Origin: Bacteroidales bacterium
GTDB taxonomy: Bacteria; Bacteroidota; Bacteroidia; Bacteroidales; VadinHA17
DNA: 64,000 nucleotides
Assembly (NCBI GenBank): GCA_003141715.1
Contig: PLNF01000096.1
Location: forward strand, 2,365-66,364
Direction: 5' to 3'
A program made the translations under genes and the position numbers. Under the pieces are notes generated by a model. The model was given only the letters and a program-made list of their open reading frames with translations, was not told the origin of the DNA and did no database searches. Below, in pieces: positions 28,155-39,178 of the stretch (its first letter is position 1; every line of letters starts with the position of its first letter).

Positions 28155-29819
28155 ATGAATAGATCATCTGTCATTTACTTAGCATTACTAATCTCCATTT
28201 TACAATTGTTTCCGGTTCAGGCCCAATATCAACCGCCGGCAAATAAGATATTTACCCGGCAAGACACATTACGTGGATCGATAACTCCTGAGAGAGCCTG
28301 GTGGGACCTGACGTATTATCATCTTGATATTGTGGTAAATCCTTCCGACAGTACGATTTACGGAACTAACACTGTCACATACAGGGTTTTAAAACCTTAC
28401 AATATAATGCAGATTGATCTTCAGGAACCATTGAAACTGACTAAGGCGGTTCAGAACAATAATACTCTTAACTTCAAAAGAGAAGGCAATGTATACTGGA
28501 TTGAACTTACTGAGAAACAGGAACAGGGAATGATCTATTCCGTTATACTGACTTATGGGGGAAAACCAAGGGTTTCAACAAGGCCTCCCTGGAGTGGTGG
28601 CATAACATGGAAGAAGGATAAAAACGGTCTGCCTTTTGTCGCCTCCTCCTGCCAGGGTGATGGAGCAAGTCTTTGGTGGCCATGCAAGGACCATATGTAT
28701 GATGAACCCGATAGTATGCTGATAAGCGTGAATGTTTCCGGAAACCTGATGGATGTATCAAACGGAAGGTTGAGAAGTGTGGTCAGGAAGAAGAATAAAA
28801 CAAAGACATACAACTGGTTTGTCGCGAACCCTATTGACAATTATGGTGTAAATATCAACATTGGTGATTATGCACACTTCTCCGAAATCTATAAAGGTGA
28901 GAAAGGGGCGCTTGATTGTGATTATTACGTACTGAAGGAAGATCTTGAGAAGGCAAAACTTCAATTCAGGCAGGCTCCTTTGATGTTGACTGCTTTTGAA
29001 CACTGGTTCGGTCCTTATCCGTTCTATGAAGATGGATACAAACTTGTAGAGGCGCCTTATCTGGGAATGGAACACCAGAGCTCTGTCACTTATGGCAATG
29101 GATTTAAGAATGGTTACCGTGGAACTGATCTTAGTAATAGCGGATGGGGTTTAAAATTCGATTTTATCATCATACATGAATCGGCCCATGAATGGTTTGC
29201 AAACAGTATCACCTATGATGATATTGCCGACATGTGGGTTCATGAGAGCTTTGCTAATTATGCAGAATGTCTTTATGTTGAGTATTATTTTGGCAAGGAG
29301 GCAGGAAGTGAATATGTTTTAGGAACGCGCAGTAATATAATGAACGATATCCCGATAATAGGTATCTATAATGTCAACCATGAAGGCTCACACGATATGT
29401 ATTATAAAGGCGGTAATATGCTTCATACACTTCGTCAGATTATTAATGATGATGAGAAATGGAGAGGTATTTTGCGAGGCCTTAATAAAGATTTTTATCA
29501 TCAGGTTGTGAAAGGCTCTCAGATTGAGAACTATTTAAGTGAGAAAACAGGGATTAACCTGAAATCCTTTTTTGATCAATACCTGAGAGATGTAAGAATT
29601 CCTGTATTTGAATATTTCATAAAAGGTAATAATCTTACTTTCAGATGGAACAACTGTGTTACGGGATTTGATATGCCCCTGAGAATATATGCCTCCGGAG
29701 AAGAAATGAATATATCTCCCAAAACCGGACCAACCACTATAAAACTTGATTCTGATAATGCGGTTATTAAGGTCGATCCGGGATATTATGTTGCAAAGCT
29801 GAATATAACAGGAGAATAA
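28155..29819 (+). CDS. M1-family zinc metallopeptidase (aminopeptidase N-like)
   Basis: The track ORF starts at 27636 but overlaps the GH2 gene on the opposite strand. The MNRSSVIYLALLISILQLFPVQA methionine at 28155 gives a signal peptide. The gluzincin motif is HESAHEWFAN...WVHESFANY. Confidence 0.85.
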   Translation: MNRSSVIYLALLISILQLFPVQAQYQPPANKIFTRQDTLRGSITPERAWWDLTYYHLDIVVNPSDSTIYGTNTVTYRVLKPYNIMQIDLQEPLKLTKAVQNNNTLNFKREGNVYWIELTEKQEQGMIYSVILTYGGKPRVSTRPPWSGGITWKKDKNGLPFVASSCQGDGASLWWPCKDHMYDEPDSMLISVNVSGNLMDVSNGRLRSVVRKKNKTKTYNWFVANPIDNYGVNINIGDYAHFSEIYKGEKGALDCDYYVLKEDLEKAKLQFRQAPLMLTAFEHWFGPYPFYEDGYKLVEAPYLGMEHQSSVTYGNGFKNGYRGTDLSNSGWGLKFDFIIIHESAHEWFANSITYDDIADMWVHESFANYAECLYVEYYFGKEAGSEYVLGTRSNIMNDIPIIGIYNVNHEGSHDMYYKGGNMLHTLRQIINDDEKWRGILRGLNKDFYHQVVKGSQIENYLSEKTGINLKSFFDQYLRDVRIPVFEYFIKGNNLTFRWNNCVTGFDMPLRIYASGEEMNISPKTGPTTIKLDSDNAVIKVDPGYYVAKLNITGE

Positions 29820-29941
29820 GTAAGTCAAAATGCAAAATGCAAAAGTCAAAAGGAAGACAGAAGAGAGTATATTTAACCCGGCAAGAATTCTGTGAAACTC
29901 TGTGACCCTCCCCTTTGCGTACTCTGCGGTTAAAAAACCGG

Positions 29942-32900
29942 CTATTTTATAGGATAAGGTGGATGATTTGGGATCTTTTTAGCCTGTGTTTTCAGATCTT
30001 CTAATATAACCTCGATAGCTTTATTTAACTGCTGATCTGTACCTGTATATTCAAGATAAGGATCATTGTCGACAACAATATCAGGTTCTACCCCAGTGCC
30101 TTCGATAATCCATTTTTTCCCTTCCAGATCATATCTCGAAAATTCCGGTCTGTTCAGAAATCCTCCGTCAACCAATGGAAGGGTACCTCTTATCCCGGTT
30201 ACACCCCCCCAGGTTCTTTTCCCGACTACTTTACCAAGGTTATAGTTTTTAAACCTGTAAGTGACTATATCACCATCGGAAGCCGAAAATTCATCACATA
30301 ACATTACCATAGGGCCATACATAGTTCCTTCCGGATCGACATCTGGTTTTGAATTACGGGTAATAACTATTTGTGATGCAACCCTTCTCAGATTCTCAAT
30401 GATAATTGGAGAAACAAATCCTCCTCCGTTACCTCTTACGTCTATCACCAGCGCTTCTTTTTCAAGTTGTGGGAAGTAATATTTAATGAACTCATTAAGG
30501 CCATCCACTCCCATATTCGGGATATGAATGTAACCTACCTTTCCATTGGTGGCTTTATTTACTTTCTCTATGTTATCATTCACCCATTTTAAGTAATATA
30601 ATTGGGATTCATCATCAATTGGCATAACTGTGACCTCACGTTTTCCCTGTTCCTGCGGCAGGGCGTTCAAAATAAGCTTAACCTGCTTACCGGCTTTATT
30701 TACAAGAGCTTCATAAATATTATTCAATTTATTTACCGGTTTTCCGTCTATTGCCAGTATAAAATCACCTTCTTTTGCATCTACCCCAATTTCAGTTAAT
30801 GGCGATTTAACCTGCCCGGTCCAGTTCTGTCCTTTTAATATTTTATCTATCCTGAAATAGCCGCTCGCTTTATCTTTAGTTATTTCTGCACCAAGTAACC
30901 CTGTTTTGATCCTCTCGGGTTGGGGTCTGTCGCCTCCGCCTACATAAGCGTGCCCAATATTCAGTTCGCCGATTAATTCGCCGAGAATATATGTCAGATC
31001 ATTCCTGTGATTAACATATTTCACTAATTCTTCATATTTATCACCCTGGGCTTTCCAGTCAACGCCATTCATGTTAGGAGAATAGAAAAAATCCCTCATC
31101 TGGCGCCACGATTCTTTATAGATCTGTTCCCATTCTTCCTTTTTATTGATGGTCATCTGCAGACCAGACAGATCCAATTTGTCTGTCACCTTAACTTCTG
31201 AGGAAGGAAGGCTAATAATACCGTATGCATTATTTTGGGCAACGATCATTTTCTTTTTATTTGCTGATATTTCATAACCATCGACAAGTCCCAAATTCTT
31301 TTCTTCTCTTGCATCAAAATCATACATATATAAAACTGGTTTATCGTCTTTCTGCCCTTTTCTCTGATAAAAGAGTTTGTTTTCCACTGAATTCAGATTG
31401 AAATAATTAGAGGCTTTTAAAGGTAGTTTTCCGATTCTTCCCTCGATCCCGTCAATATCAATTTGTATATCAGGGATCTTTGCTGTTGGTTTAGGTTCCT
31501 TTTTTTTATCATTTGCTTCAGGCTTAACTTCTGCAACGGGCAGTTCTGCCTCATCACTTTTAAGCCTGAATAAAGATGGGGTATCTTTACTTAATGTGAC
31601 AAAATAAATATTATTCATATCAGAATAACTAATTGTCGGTCCTATATTGCTGAACTCGGGATTAAAATCTCGCGAAGAAACAAAGAACAGATATTTTCCG
31701 TCACTGCTGAATATCGCGCTAAAAGCATTATACCAATTTTCTGTGACGGGGTTTGATTTTTTCTGTTCGAGAGAATAAAGGTAGATTTGCTGGAACCTGT
31801 TATCGCTGTATTTTGTATAAGTGATCCATTTACTGTCAGGTGACCAGGCATATTCCCTGATTTCAAATATGGAATCAATATCGACATCGGTAGTCACCTT
31901 TGTATCAATATCTACATAATGCAGTGTTTGGTTGCGATCGGACCAAAGAAGTTTTTTACTGTTGGGTGACCAGTAAGGCTGATATTTGTAGTTTGCACTT
32001 CCGGAAGTGATCTGCGCGGCTGGCTGGCTTCCATCCTGAGCCTGGATAAATATCTCATCTTCACCGGTTTTATCTGAGATGTAGGAGATCCACTTTCCAT
32101 CAGCTGACCATTTTGAATCTCTTTCGTGTATCCCTGATGATTGAGTAAGATTTCTGGTTTCACCATATTTTTCAGGCACAGTAAACACTTCACCATGAGC
32201 TCCAAATATAGCTCTCTTCCCATCGGGTGAAATTTCAAAATTAGTTATGCTTTTACTGACATCTTTCAATTCAGGTCTTCCAGACAGGAAATCTTCAGCA
32301 ATTATTATTTTCACTTTCCCTGATTTTTCTGTTGCCAGGTCCATTTTATAGATGTAGCCTCCATTCTCATATACAATTGCTTTATTTCCAAGTGATGGGA
32401 ATTTAATATCAAAATCGGGGAAGTCGGTAAGTTTCTTTGTTTGCCTGGAAGTAAGGTCGATAACATACAGATTCATCCTTTTGTTTTCATCCCTGTCCGA
32501 CAGAAAATATATTTTATCTCCATACCACATAGGAATAATATCCTGTGCAGGATTATTGGTTATGTTTTCAACTTTATTGGTCTTGAAATCGAAGACCCAG
32601 ATATCATCAGCCATGCCTCCCCGGTATCTTTTCCAGGTTCTGAATTCCCTGAATATCCGGTTGTAAGCCATTTTCTGATCATCAGGCGAAAATGAGCAAA
32701 AACCTCCCCGTGGAACAGGCAGCTCTTCAGGTAAAGATCCATCAGTATTTACTGAGTAAAGTGAACCGTTGAAATCGTTAAATGACTTTTTCCTGGAACG
32801 AAAGATTATACTCTTATTATCATGTTTCCAACCAAGAACTATGTTGTTAGGGCCCATCCTGTCAGCAACATCATCGCGGCCTAATGTCGCAGTGAAGGTT

Positions 32901-33208
32901 ATCCTTTTTGGTATACCTCCTTCCGAATTCATAAGATAGACTTCAGTATTTCCATCATATTGTCCGGTAAAAGCAATGGTCTTACCGTCCGGTGAAAACC
33001 TTGTAAACATCTCATAACCATTGTGATTTGTTAACTTTCTTGCAATCCCGCCATCTGCTGAAACAGAATATAGATCACCTGCATATGTAAATACAATCTG
33101 ATTGTCATATATAGCAGGAAATCTCAGCAATCGTGCCTCATCCTGCGCAAGAAGACTGATTTGAACAAAGAACATAAACATCAGAATTACTAAAGCTGTT
33201 TTTTTCAT
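29942..33208 (-). CDS. Tricorn-protease-like S41 peptidase (beta-propellers + PDZ + S41 domain)
   Basis: 1088-aa ORF with a signal peptide. LRFPAIYDNQIVFTYAGDLYSV...SPDGKTIAFTG propeller repeats, a PDZ-like segment (GDFILAIDGKPV) and an S41 core (VIDVRGNGGG...SASDGD). Confidence 0.85.
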   Translation of the reverse strand: MKKTALVILMFMFFVQISLLAQDEARLLRFPAIYDNQIVFTYAGDLYSVSADGGIARKLTNHNGYEMFTRFSPDGKTIAFTGQYDGNTEVYLMNSEGGIPKRITFTATLGRDDVADRMGPNNIVLGWKHDNKSIIFRSRKKSFNDFNGSLYSVNTDGSLPEELPVPRGGFCSFSPDDQKMAYNRIFREFRTWKRYRGGMADDIWVFDFKTNKVENITNNPAQDIIPMWYGDKIYFLSDRDENKRMNLYVIDLTSRQTKKLTDFPDFDIKFPSLGNKAIVYENGGYIYKMDLATEKSGKVKIIIAEDFLSGRPELKDVSKSITNFEISPDGKRAIFGAHGEVFTVPEKYGETRNLTQSSGIHERDSKWSADGKWISYISDKTGEDEIFIQAQDGSQPAAQITSGSANYKYQPYWSPNSKKLLWSDRNQTLHYVDIDTKVTTDVDIDSIFEIREYAWSPDSKWITYTKYSDNRFQQIYLYSLEQKKSNPVTENWYNAFSAIFSSDGKYLFFVSSRDFNPEFSNIGPTISYSDMNNIYFVTLSKDTPSLFRLKSDEAELPVAEVKPEANDKKKEPKPTAKIPDIQIDIDGIEGRIGKLPLKASNYFNLNSVENKLFYQRKGQKDDKPVLYMYDFDAREEKNLGLVDGYEISANKKKMIVAQNNAYGIISLPSSEVKVTDKLDLSGLQMTINKKEEWEQIYKESWRQMRDFFYSPNMNGVDWKAQGDKYEELVKYVNHRNDLTYILGELIGELNIGHAYVGGGDRPQPERIKTGLLGAEITKDKASGYFRIDKILKGQNWTGQVKSPLTEIGVDAKEGDFILAIDGKPVNKLNNIYEALVNKAGKQVKLILNALPQEQGKREVTVMPIDDESQLYYLKWVNDNIEKVNKATNGKVGYIHIPNMGVDGLNEFIKYYFPQLEKEALVIDVRGNGGGFVSPIIIENLRRVASQIVITRNSKPDVDPEGTMYGPMVMLCDEFSASDGDIVTYRFKNYNLGKVVGKRTWGGVTGIRGTLPLVDGGFLNRPEFSRYDLEGKKWIIEGTGVEPDIVVDNDPYLEYTGTDQQLNKAIEVILEDLKTQAKKIPNHPPYPIK

Positions 33209-33440
33209 TGAAAATGAATTAAATATTTTAATTATTAAATAATTGTGTCCATACGAAAAGTTGAAAAAAATCTTTTCGGAGAGGAATCAATAATAAGATA
33301 TTTTAATATGAATATCTAAAGATATGGTCTTATCATCAATTTTCAAAATTTTAATCTGGTAGTTCAGGCAATTTTAAATTCAGTTTGAAAATTATAGTCT
33401 ATGATATTGCGGCATTTAGCCCCCTGGGGGCAATAAACTC

Positions 33441-33764
33441 TCATTGTTTTACCAGTATCGGCTTACCGAATCCAATCTTTTCAAGAGGTTTCAGCTGGGA
33501 TGCGGCATCGCCAACAATCACATAAAACATTTTATCAGGAACGATATATTTATCTGTGATTGCCTTATGATCTTCAATCGTCATATTCTTTATTACGTTT
33601 TCTTCCTCCTTTATATAATCATCAGGAAGTCCGTATTTAGACATTGTTGACAGCATTTCAACCAATGCTCCGTTTGTCTCGAACCGAAGGGCATTTGACA
33701 GGATCATACAGTTTTTAATAAATTGCAGGTCATTTTCGTTAATGCCATTAAGATATTTTTCCAT
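33441..33764 (-). pseudogene. Probable C-terminal remnant of an M16 (pitrilysin/insulinase) peptidase
   Basis: The 107-aa ORF ends ...FYVIVGDAASQLKPLEKIGFGKPILV, which reads like the last part of the inactive C-terminal M16 domain. No upstream catalytic half is present, and 247 nt of non-coding sequence lie upstream. Confidence 0.45.
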
Positions 33765-34011
33765 CTCATCTTTAATAATTTAAGTTTAAGAATATTGGTG
33801 CTAAATGCAAAATGTCATTCTATGATTTAAAAAGCTGAGTGTATTAATCCAAAATTAAACAATTTTTGCGTCTATTAATTTCCCGGAAAATTATTTGAAG
33901 AGAATTTTTTGTATATTTTCTTGAAGAAATGCGCAATGCCAATGGAGTGAACTGGCTTATAACAAATCACAGCCATTAAGAACATGAATTATATGAAGGA
34001 GAAACTTTCGA

Positions 34012-37000
34012 TCATTCCATCTCAGCAATCGCATAAAGATCACTAACTGATAATTCAACTGCCTTTTTGAGGTTTTCTGATGCCGCAGGAGTATCGCCCA
34101 GGCCCTTATAACCAAGCCCTTTCAGCAAATATGCATTTGAAAGCCGAACATTTTCAGCTTCCTGCTCCCCGAATTTTGCAAAAAAATCAATCTCTGATCC
34201 CTGTTTAATCCTTTTATCGCCTTCTGTTATAAGGGAATTGAAATATTCTGATGCTTTTGCTTTATTTCCAAGTTTGAGAAAGCTCAATCCCTGATAATAA
34301 CGGATATAATTATAATTTTCTCCTGATAACTGTTCGGATGATCTCGTAAAATATGATTCAGCATTTGTTTTTTTCCCAAGTGCTTCATAAGTCAGTCCAA
34401 TATAATAATTTATTTGTGGGCTCCTTGAGTCATGATCAATACCTGAGGTTTTTGAGTTATCAGGTGTCTCAAGAATTGATAGGAATTGCTTAAGGGCCAG
34501 TTCAAATTTTTTCGAGGCAAAATATTTCTTTCCCAGCAACAGGTTTGCATCCACTGAAATATCTCTTACCCGTGAGTTCCCTTCACGAAAATGAAAATTG
34601 CTTTTGCTCAGATAATCCACTGCCTTTTCTGACTGTCCGGAAAGATTCAGAACAATTATTTCTCTTACAAAAGAGTCATCCCGTTGTTTTACAATTTCAT
34701 TCTTTGCCTCAAAAAGTTTAGCGCGTTTTGCTATAGATGTATTGTTCATTTCATAGAGCGGATCAAGTTCGGCATAGAATACCGGATCATCCTGTTTAAT
34801 TTGGAATGCTTTTTCATAAGCATTTATTGCTTTTGCCAGGTCATGAGAATATTGATAATATCCCCACCCAAGGTTCCTCCATGCAATTGCCAGTGACGGA
34901 TTGAGTTTTACTGCAGTCTCCCAGTTTTCAATTGCCTTTTGAGGTTGTTTGTCATAAAGCAAGTTCCCCAGGTAATAGTAGGGTTTTGCATCGTCTGGAT
35001 TATATTTTGAAGCCAGCTTAAAAACATTTTCAGATTCAAGCCTGTAAGGGAACCCATAGTCAACTGACTGATATGATGCTTCTTTGAAGTACTTTTCAGC
35101 TTCTGATTTATTACCATTTTTATCCTCGATATAACCCAGGTAATAACTGATTTCCTGATTTTTACCATTATAGCGTTTCAGTATTTCATCAGCCTCTGCA
35201 AAAAATCCATCATTCAGATAACCTACAGCAAGCTCAAGATAGTTCTGATCAAAATCCCTCATTTTCCTGTTAAGGTCTGCAAGTATTTTCTCTGCATACT
35301 GAGGAGTTTCAGATTTCTTTGCCAGAAGATAATTCTCGTTGGCTGCCCTGAAATCGAGAGGGTCGTTCTTTATAATCGCTGCTATAGTTGCCTTCGCACC
35401 ATCAAAATCGCCTAAGTTCCTCAGTATGGAAGCTTTAAGAGTTATTGCGCTGTTATTTACGGCATTTGTTGACAGGGATTCATTAATCTGACACAAAGCT
35501 TTTTGAAAATCACCCTTAATACATGAAATTCTTGATAGCTCAATATAAGCAGCCGAGTGATAAGCATAATCCCATGTTGCGCGGTAAAGGGTGTCAATTG
35601 CTTCGTCGTAAAGCCCGAGTAACTTAAGTGTTAGCCCCTGAAGATAAAGCGCTTCGCAGGTAGCAGGACGGGTGTAGTCTTTAGTAAGTCTTTTTATTGC
35701 TTTACTGAAGAAGCTTCTTGCAATATTGTATTCCCCATTTCTCAGATGTATATTACCAACCGCAATATTGGTTCGTATATCTGAAGGATCACGTTTTAAC
35801 GCCTCATTAAAATAATCCGTTGCATTGAGCATCGGATTATAAAACTGCTGGATCCGGCTGCCTGTCAGGTACAATTCTTCAACTGTCGGTATATCTTTTG
35901 GAAGGGGAGGCCTTTTAACAGTTTCCGGAAGCTTATCTGGTTTCTTATTCTCAACTGGCTGGTATGCAACGAGTACTTCATTGTTGTCTGAATTTATCAT
36001 TTCTGTTGAGATATCAGTGAAATTAAACGGACCGTTTATATTAACTGATTCAGTGAAAGTTTTTTCAGGGGAAACCTCAGAAATTTTCTCAAAGACTATT
36101 TCCCCTTTTCTTTTGAGAAGAATCTTCGCCCTTGTCACTTTTTGTGTTGAGTAGTAACCAAGAAATACAACATTATCACCTCTTTTTTCAAGGTTAACGG
36201 CTCCATTCAGGTTAGCATATTTGAATCCCCCGATATCTTTTACAGGATACCAATATTGCCTGAATGTTTTTACTTCATAGGGTCTAATCCAGCTGTAATC
36301 AGGTTGATTGTCAGAAAATGCACCAACCATTATTTCTACATATGGTCCGGAATCGTCTGTCAGTCTGGCTTCAGTTGCCTGCCCTGCTTCACCTGATCCC
36401 CATTCCCAGAGTTTTGCTCCTTTTATAATATTATGATCACCAATATGCACAGTGCCTGTTTCTTTTCCGTGATCATAGCCTCCCATAAAATCCTCCTTAA
36501 GATCGTACGCAAAGTATGAATCCTGATTTACAGAGTTTTTCCACCAGCTAATATCGACGCCCTTTGTAAAGTCTTCACCATTATAAACCTCAGTTGATAT
36601 TGGCCAGTTTGTGAAGCTGTTTTTAGCATGGTAAGTGGCGACCTGGACACTGGGTGGAAAAATTACCTGGTAATCCTTATTGGTATGAGCTGCCACATTT
36701 GCCCAGTAAAGGAAAGTATTAGCATACGGTGTAGAGTTTATAATCTTTACATCAGCTGAGTAATATGATTTACCCGGGTAAGCCGTAATCCCGATTGTCC
36801 ATCTCATCCTGTGACGAGGTTCAGTCTCACCTATCCAGATTGTCTTGCTTCCGTCTGCATTTTCTGCAAGATCATAGTCGACAGGCAGAAAAGTCGATGC
36901 CCTGTGGTGATGAATTACACACCATTCAATTCCTCCTGAGACCCACGCTCCCAACATACCTATATTTGATGGTTTTACAACACCATTTTTATAAATGAAG

Positions 37001-37350
37001 TTATAACCGTTGGTTTTGTCGGTACCATAGTAAAGTTTTCCACCGATCTCAGGCGTAATACAAAGCTTAATATATTCATTTTCAAGAATCAGTGCTTTCC
37101 ATTTCTGATCAGATTTTTCGTTGGCAATAACATCATTCATGCCGTAGGGATATATGAATTTTGAGGCTCCCTGGTATGATTCGTTCTTGAAGAACATAGG
37201 GTTTTTATCCGGAGGACTCACTTTATAGGTCGGAATGATCCAATCCTGTTCCGAAATCTTGACCTGCGCGGTCAAACTTGCAGTGCTCAGGAGGACGACA
37301 GGAAATACGGCTACAAGAAGGTTTGACAGTTTAAAAGGTTTTAGATTCAT
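34012..37350 (-). CDS. DUF5107-domain protein with a long TPR-repeat C-terminal half
   Basis: 1112-aa ORF with a signal peptide. An N-terminal beta-rich region of about 450 aa is followed by many 34-residue A/Y/L-patterned repeats (e.g. AIENWETAVKLNPSLAIAWRNLGWGYY). Confidence 0.65.
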   Translation of the reverse strand: MNLKPFKLSNLLVAVFPVVLLSTASLTAQVKISEQDWIIPTYKVSPPDKNPMFFKNESYQGASKFIYPYGMNDVIANEKSDQKWKALILENEYIKLCITPEIGGKLYYGTDKTNGYNFIYKNGVVKPSNIGMLGAWVSGGIEWCVIHHHRASTFLPVDYDLAENADGSKTIWIGETEPRHRMRWTIGITAYPGKSYYSADVKIINSTPYANTFLYWANVAAHTNKDYQVIFPPSVQVATYHAKNSFTNWPISTEVYNGEDFTKGVDISWWKNSVNQDSYFAYDLKEDFMGGYDHGKETGTVHIGDHNIIKGAKLWEWGSGEAGQATEARLTDDSGPYVEIMVGAFSDNQPDYSWIRPYEVKTFRQYWYPVKDIGGFKYANLNGAVNLEKRGDNVVFLGYYSTQKVTRAKILLKRKGEIVFEKISEVSPEKTFTESVNINGPFNFTDISTEMINSDNNEVLVAYQPVENKKPDKLPETVKRPPLPKDIPTVEELYLTGSRIQQFYNPMLNATDYFNEALKRDPSDIRTNIAVGNIHLRNGEYNIARSFFSKAIKRLTKDYTRPATCEALYLQGLTLKLLGLYDEAIDTLYRATWDYAYHSAAYIELSRISCIKGDFQKALCQINESLSTNAVNNSAITLKASILRNLGDFDGAKATIAAIIKNDPLDFRAANENYLLAKKSETPQYAEKILADLNRKMRDFDQNYLELAVGYLNDGFFAEADEILKRYNGKNQEISYYLGYIEDKNGNKSEAEKYFKEASYQSVDYGFPYRLESENVFKLASKYNPDDAKPYYYLGNLLYDKQPQKAIENWETAVKLNPSLAIAWRNLGWGYYQYSHDLAKAINAYEKAFQIKQDDPVFYAELDPLYEMNNTSIAKRAKLFEAKNEIVKQRDDSFVREIIVLNLSGQSEKAVDYLSKSNFHFREGNSRVRDISVDANLLLGKKYFASKKFELALKQFLSILETPDNSKTSGIDHDSRSPQINYYIGLTYEALGKKTNAESYFTRSSEQLSGENYNYIRYYQGLSFLKLGNKAKASEYFNSLITEGDKRIKQGSEIDFFAKFGEQEAENVRLSNAYLLKGLGYKGLGDTPAASENLKKAVELSVSDLYAIAEME

Positions 37351-37629
37351 AGCTTAAAGATTTTATCTAAAATTATGAAAAGAATAGAATTGGGCACTTT
37401 GTCATTCAACTATTACGCAGGCATAAACAAATTTGAGGTTTATAAGTTATGATCCTGGTTATTTTAAAGTTAGTAGCAGGGAACCAGAAGACGGAAGTAA
37501 TAATTTCTTTAACCTTCGGACTTCGTGCTTCCGATTTCGGACTGATTAATACTATGAACTATGACCAAAAACTTATGAAAATGTTAAAAAATGAATGGTA
37601 TTTAATTTGATATGATCTCCACGATGACT

Positions 37630-38214
37630 CTACTTGATTGCGAAGGTTAATCCTGCTCCAAGGGATATTGGAACTGGTGTTCCGCTAGCGAATATAGGGT
37701 CAATCCTGATTGAAACCGGGATTTTTATACTTTCACCTGCATTAATCATATAACCTGACTCCAGACAAATTCCGGCAGATACTCCACTATTGAAAAAATG
37801 GAGTCCAGCTCCTCCAACAAAAAAGAATTTGTTGATAAAATGTCTGCCTAGCAACATCATACTGAAAGTTGTGACATTAAACTCGCGATAGACAGGTGAG
37901 GGTCCATAAGGAATTACATAATACGCATAGTAAAGTTTATTCCATGCAACCTCTGCACCAAACTGGATCGGTTTTTCAGATAATAGAAATCCCCGTACTG
38001 CAGCGGAAAGATGAAACTGGTTCCAGTTTTCCAAATTATCACTTGAATAACCCAGTGCTTTTTCAAAATTTATAAGGGTAAATCCAGGGTACACAGAAAG
38101 AGAGACCTCTTTAGACTTTTGAGCGTGACCAATAGATGTTAACAGCATAAAAATGGTCATAAAAAGTACTGATACAGATAGTTGTCTGTTACATAAAATT
38201 TCAGTTGTTTTCAT
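37630..38214 (-). CDS. Small outer-membrane beta-barrel-like protein
   Basis: 194-aa ORF with a signal peptide, alternating hydrophobic strands and a terminal aromatic residue (LTFAIK). Confidence 0.45.
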   Translation of the reverse strand: MKTTEILCNRQLSVSVLFMTIFMLLTSIGHAQKSKEVSLSVYPGFTLINFEKALGYSSDNLENWNQFHLSAAVRGFLLSEKPIQFGAEVAWNKLYYAYYVIPYGPSPVYREFNVTTFSMMLLGRHFINKFFFVGGAGLHFFNSGVSAGICLESGYMINAGESIKIPVSIRIDPIFASGTPVPISLGAGLTFAIK

Positions 38215-38428
38215 GGTTTTTAGTTTGTCTGAAAAGTTAAGCTATTTAACCATAATTCACAAAAGTTTTTGACGGGATTTTTTTTCGTTTTTCAGCAACG
38301 AATTGAGCACCGTTCAATTCAATAAATTGAGCTTTGGATGCCTTATGGTAACAACATCTGTTGCCACTGAGAGATATTCAGACTGCTTACTAACCATCAC
38401 CAAATCTCCCCGTCTTCTCTTCTCCAGC

Positions 38429-39127
38429 TCATCTCCTGTTCCTTCCTTCTTTACCAAGCCACAGTAATGCGTCTATAATCAATTTATCCTGCATTTCATT
38501 ATTAAAGGTAAAGGAAAGTTCCTTATCGGTTTTATTCTCATAGTCAAGGTCGTTATGGCCCATATTCACATACAACATTTTATAGTTTTTATTTGTCCAT
38601 ACAACAGGGTAATAGCCACTATGCCATATCTCGTAAAGTTTAGGTCCCGTTCCAAGCGGGAAACTTGTTGAGTCAATTGATAGAAGAATTTGAATATCAG
38701 GGTTTTTTCTTAAGTCATTTTTCCAGCTATACCATTCATTAGGTGATGAAATAAAAGTATCAGGCAGGTTTTTGGTGGAAGGATGATTATGGTTCTCCAC
38801 CTTTAAGACCGCTGATGTTGGCCGCCATGTGTTTCCTTTATATTCTCCCGAGCCAAGAAATTGGTTATGGTACCAATCCCAATTCTGGGGAAATGCGGAA
38901 GGGGTAAGTGCAAAACCGGCAAAATGAAATCCAATCCAGGCGCCTCCATTCTCCATATATTCTCTGAATGCATTTCTCTGTGCCGCAGAATCAGGTCTCG
39001 TATCAAGAAAAATTACTACCTGGTATTTAGCAAGGAACCGGGTATTCATATCATTCCAGTTATTTGTCGAATCGTAGATGAAGTCGTATCTGGCAGCCAT
39101 TTTAGTAAACCATTTGTTCGCCTCATG
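38429..39127 (-). pseudogene. C-terminal 232 codons of a ThuA-like gene split by the mobile element
   Basis: The frame of ORF 38429..39100 stays open upstream with no start (..SIVIHEANKWFTK-MAARYDF..). VVIFLDTRPD...GGAWIGFHFAG...HPSTKNLP fits the ThuA-like fold. The N-terminal part of the gene lies at 47945..48112. Confidence 0.75.
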
Positions 39128-39178
39128 TATGACAATTGAATAATATGTTTATCTTCGCATAACCAATAATGAGATAAA

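Noticed and set aside
39101-39178. Possibility that the ThuA-like ORF simply starts at the ATG at 39100 and is intact
   Set aside because: - The frame is open upstream of that ATG with conserved-looking residues (HEANKWFTK).
- The product would lack a signal peptide.
- The missing N-terminus with a signal peptide lies 8.8 kb away and joins in frame.
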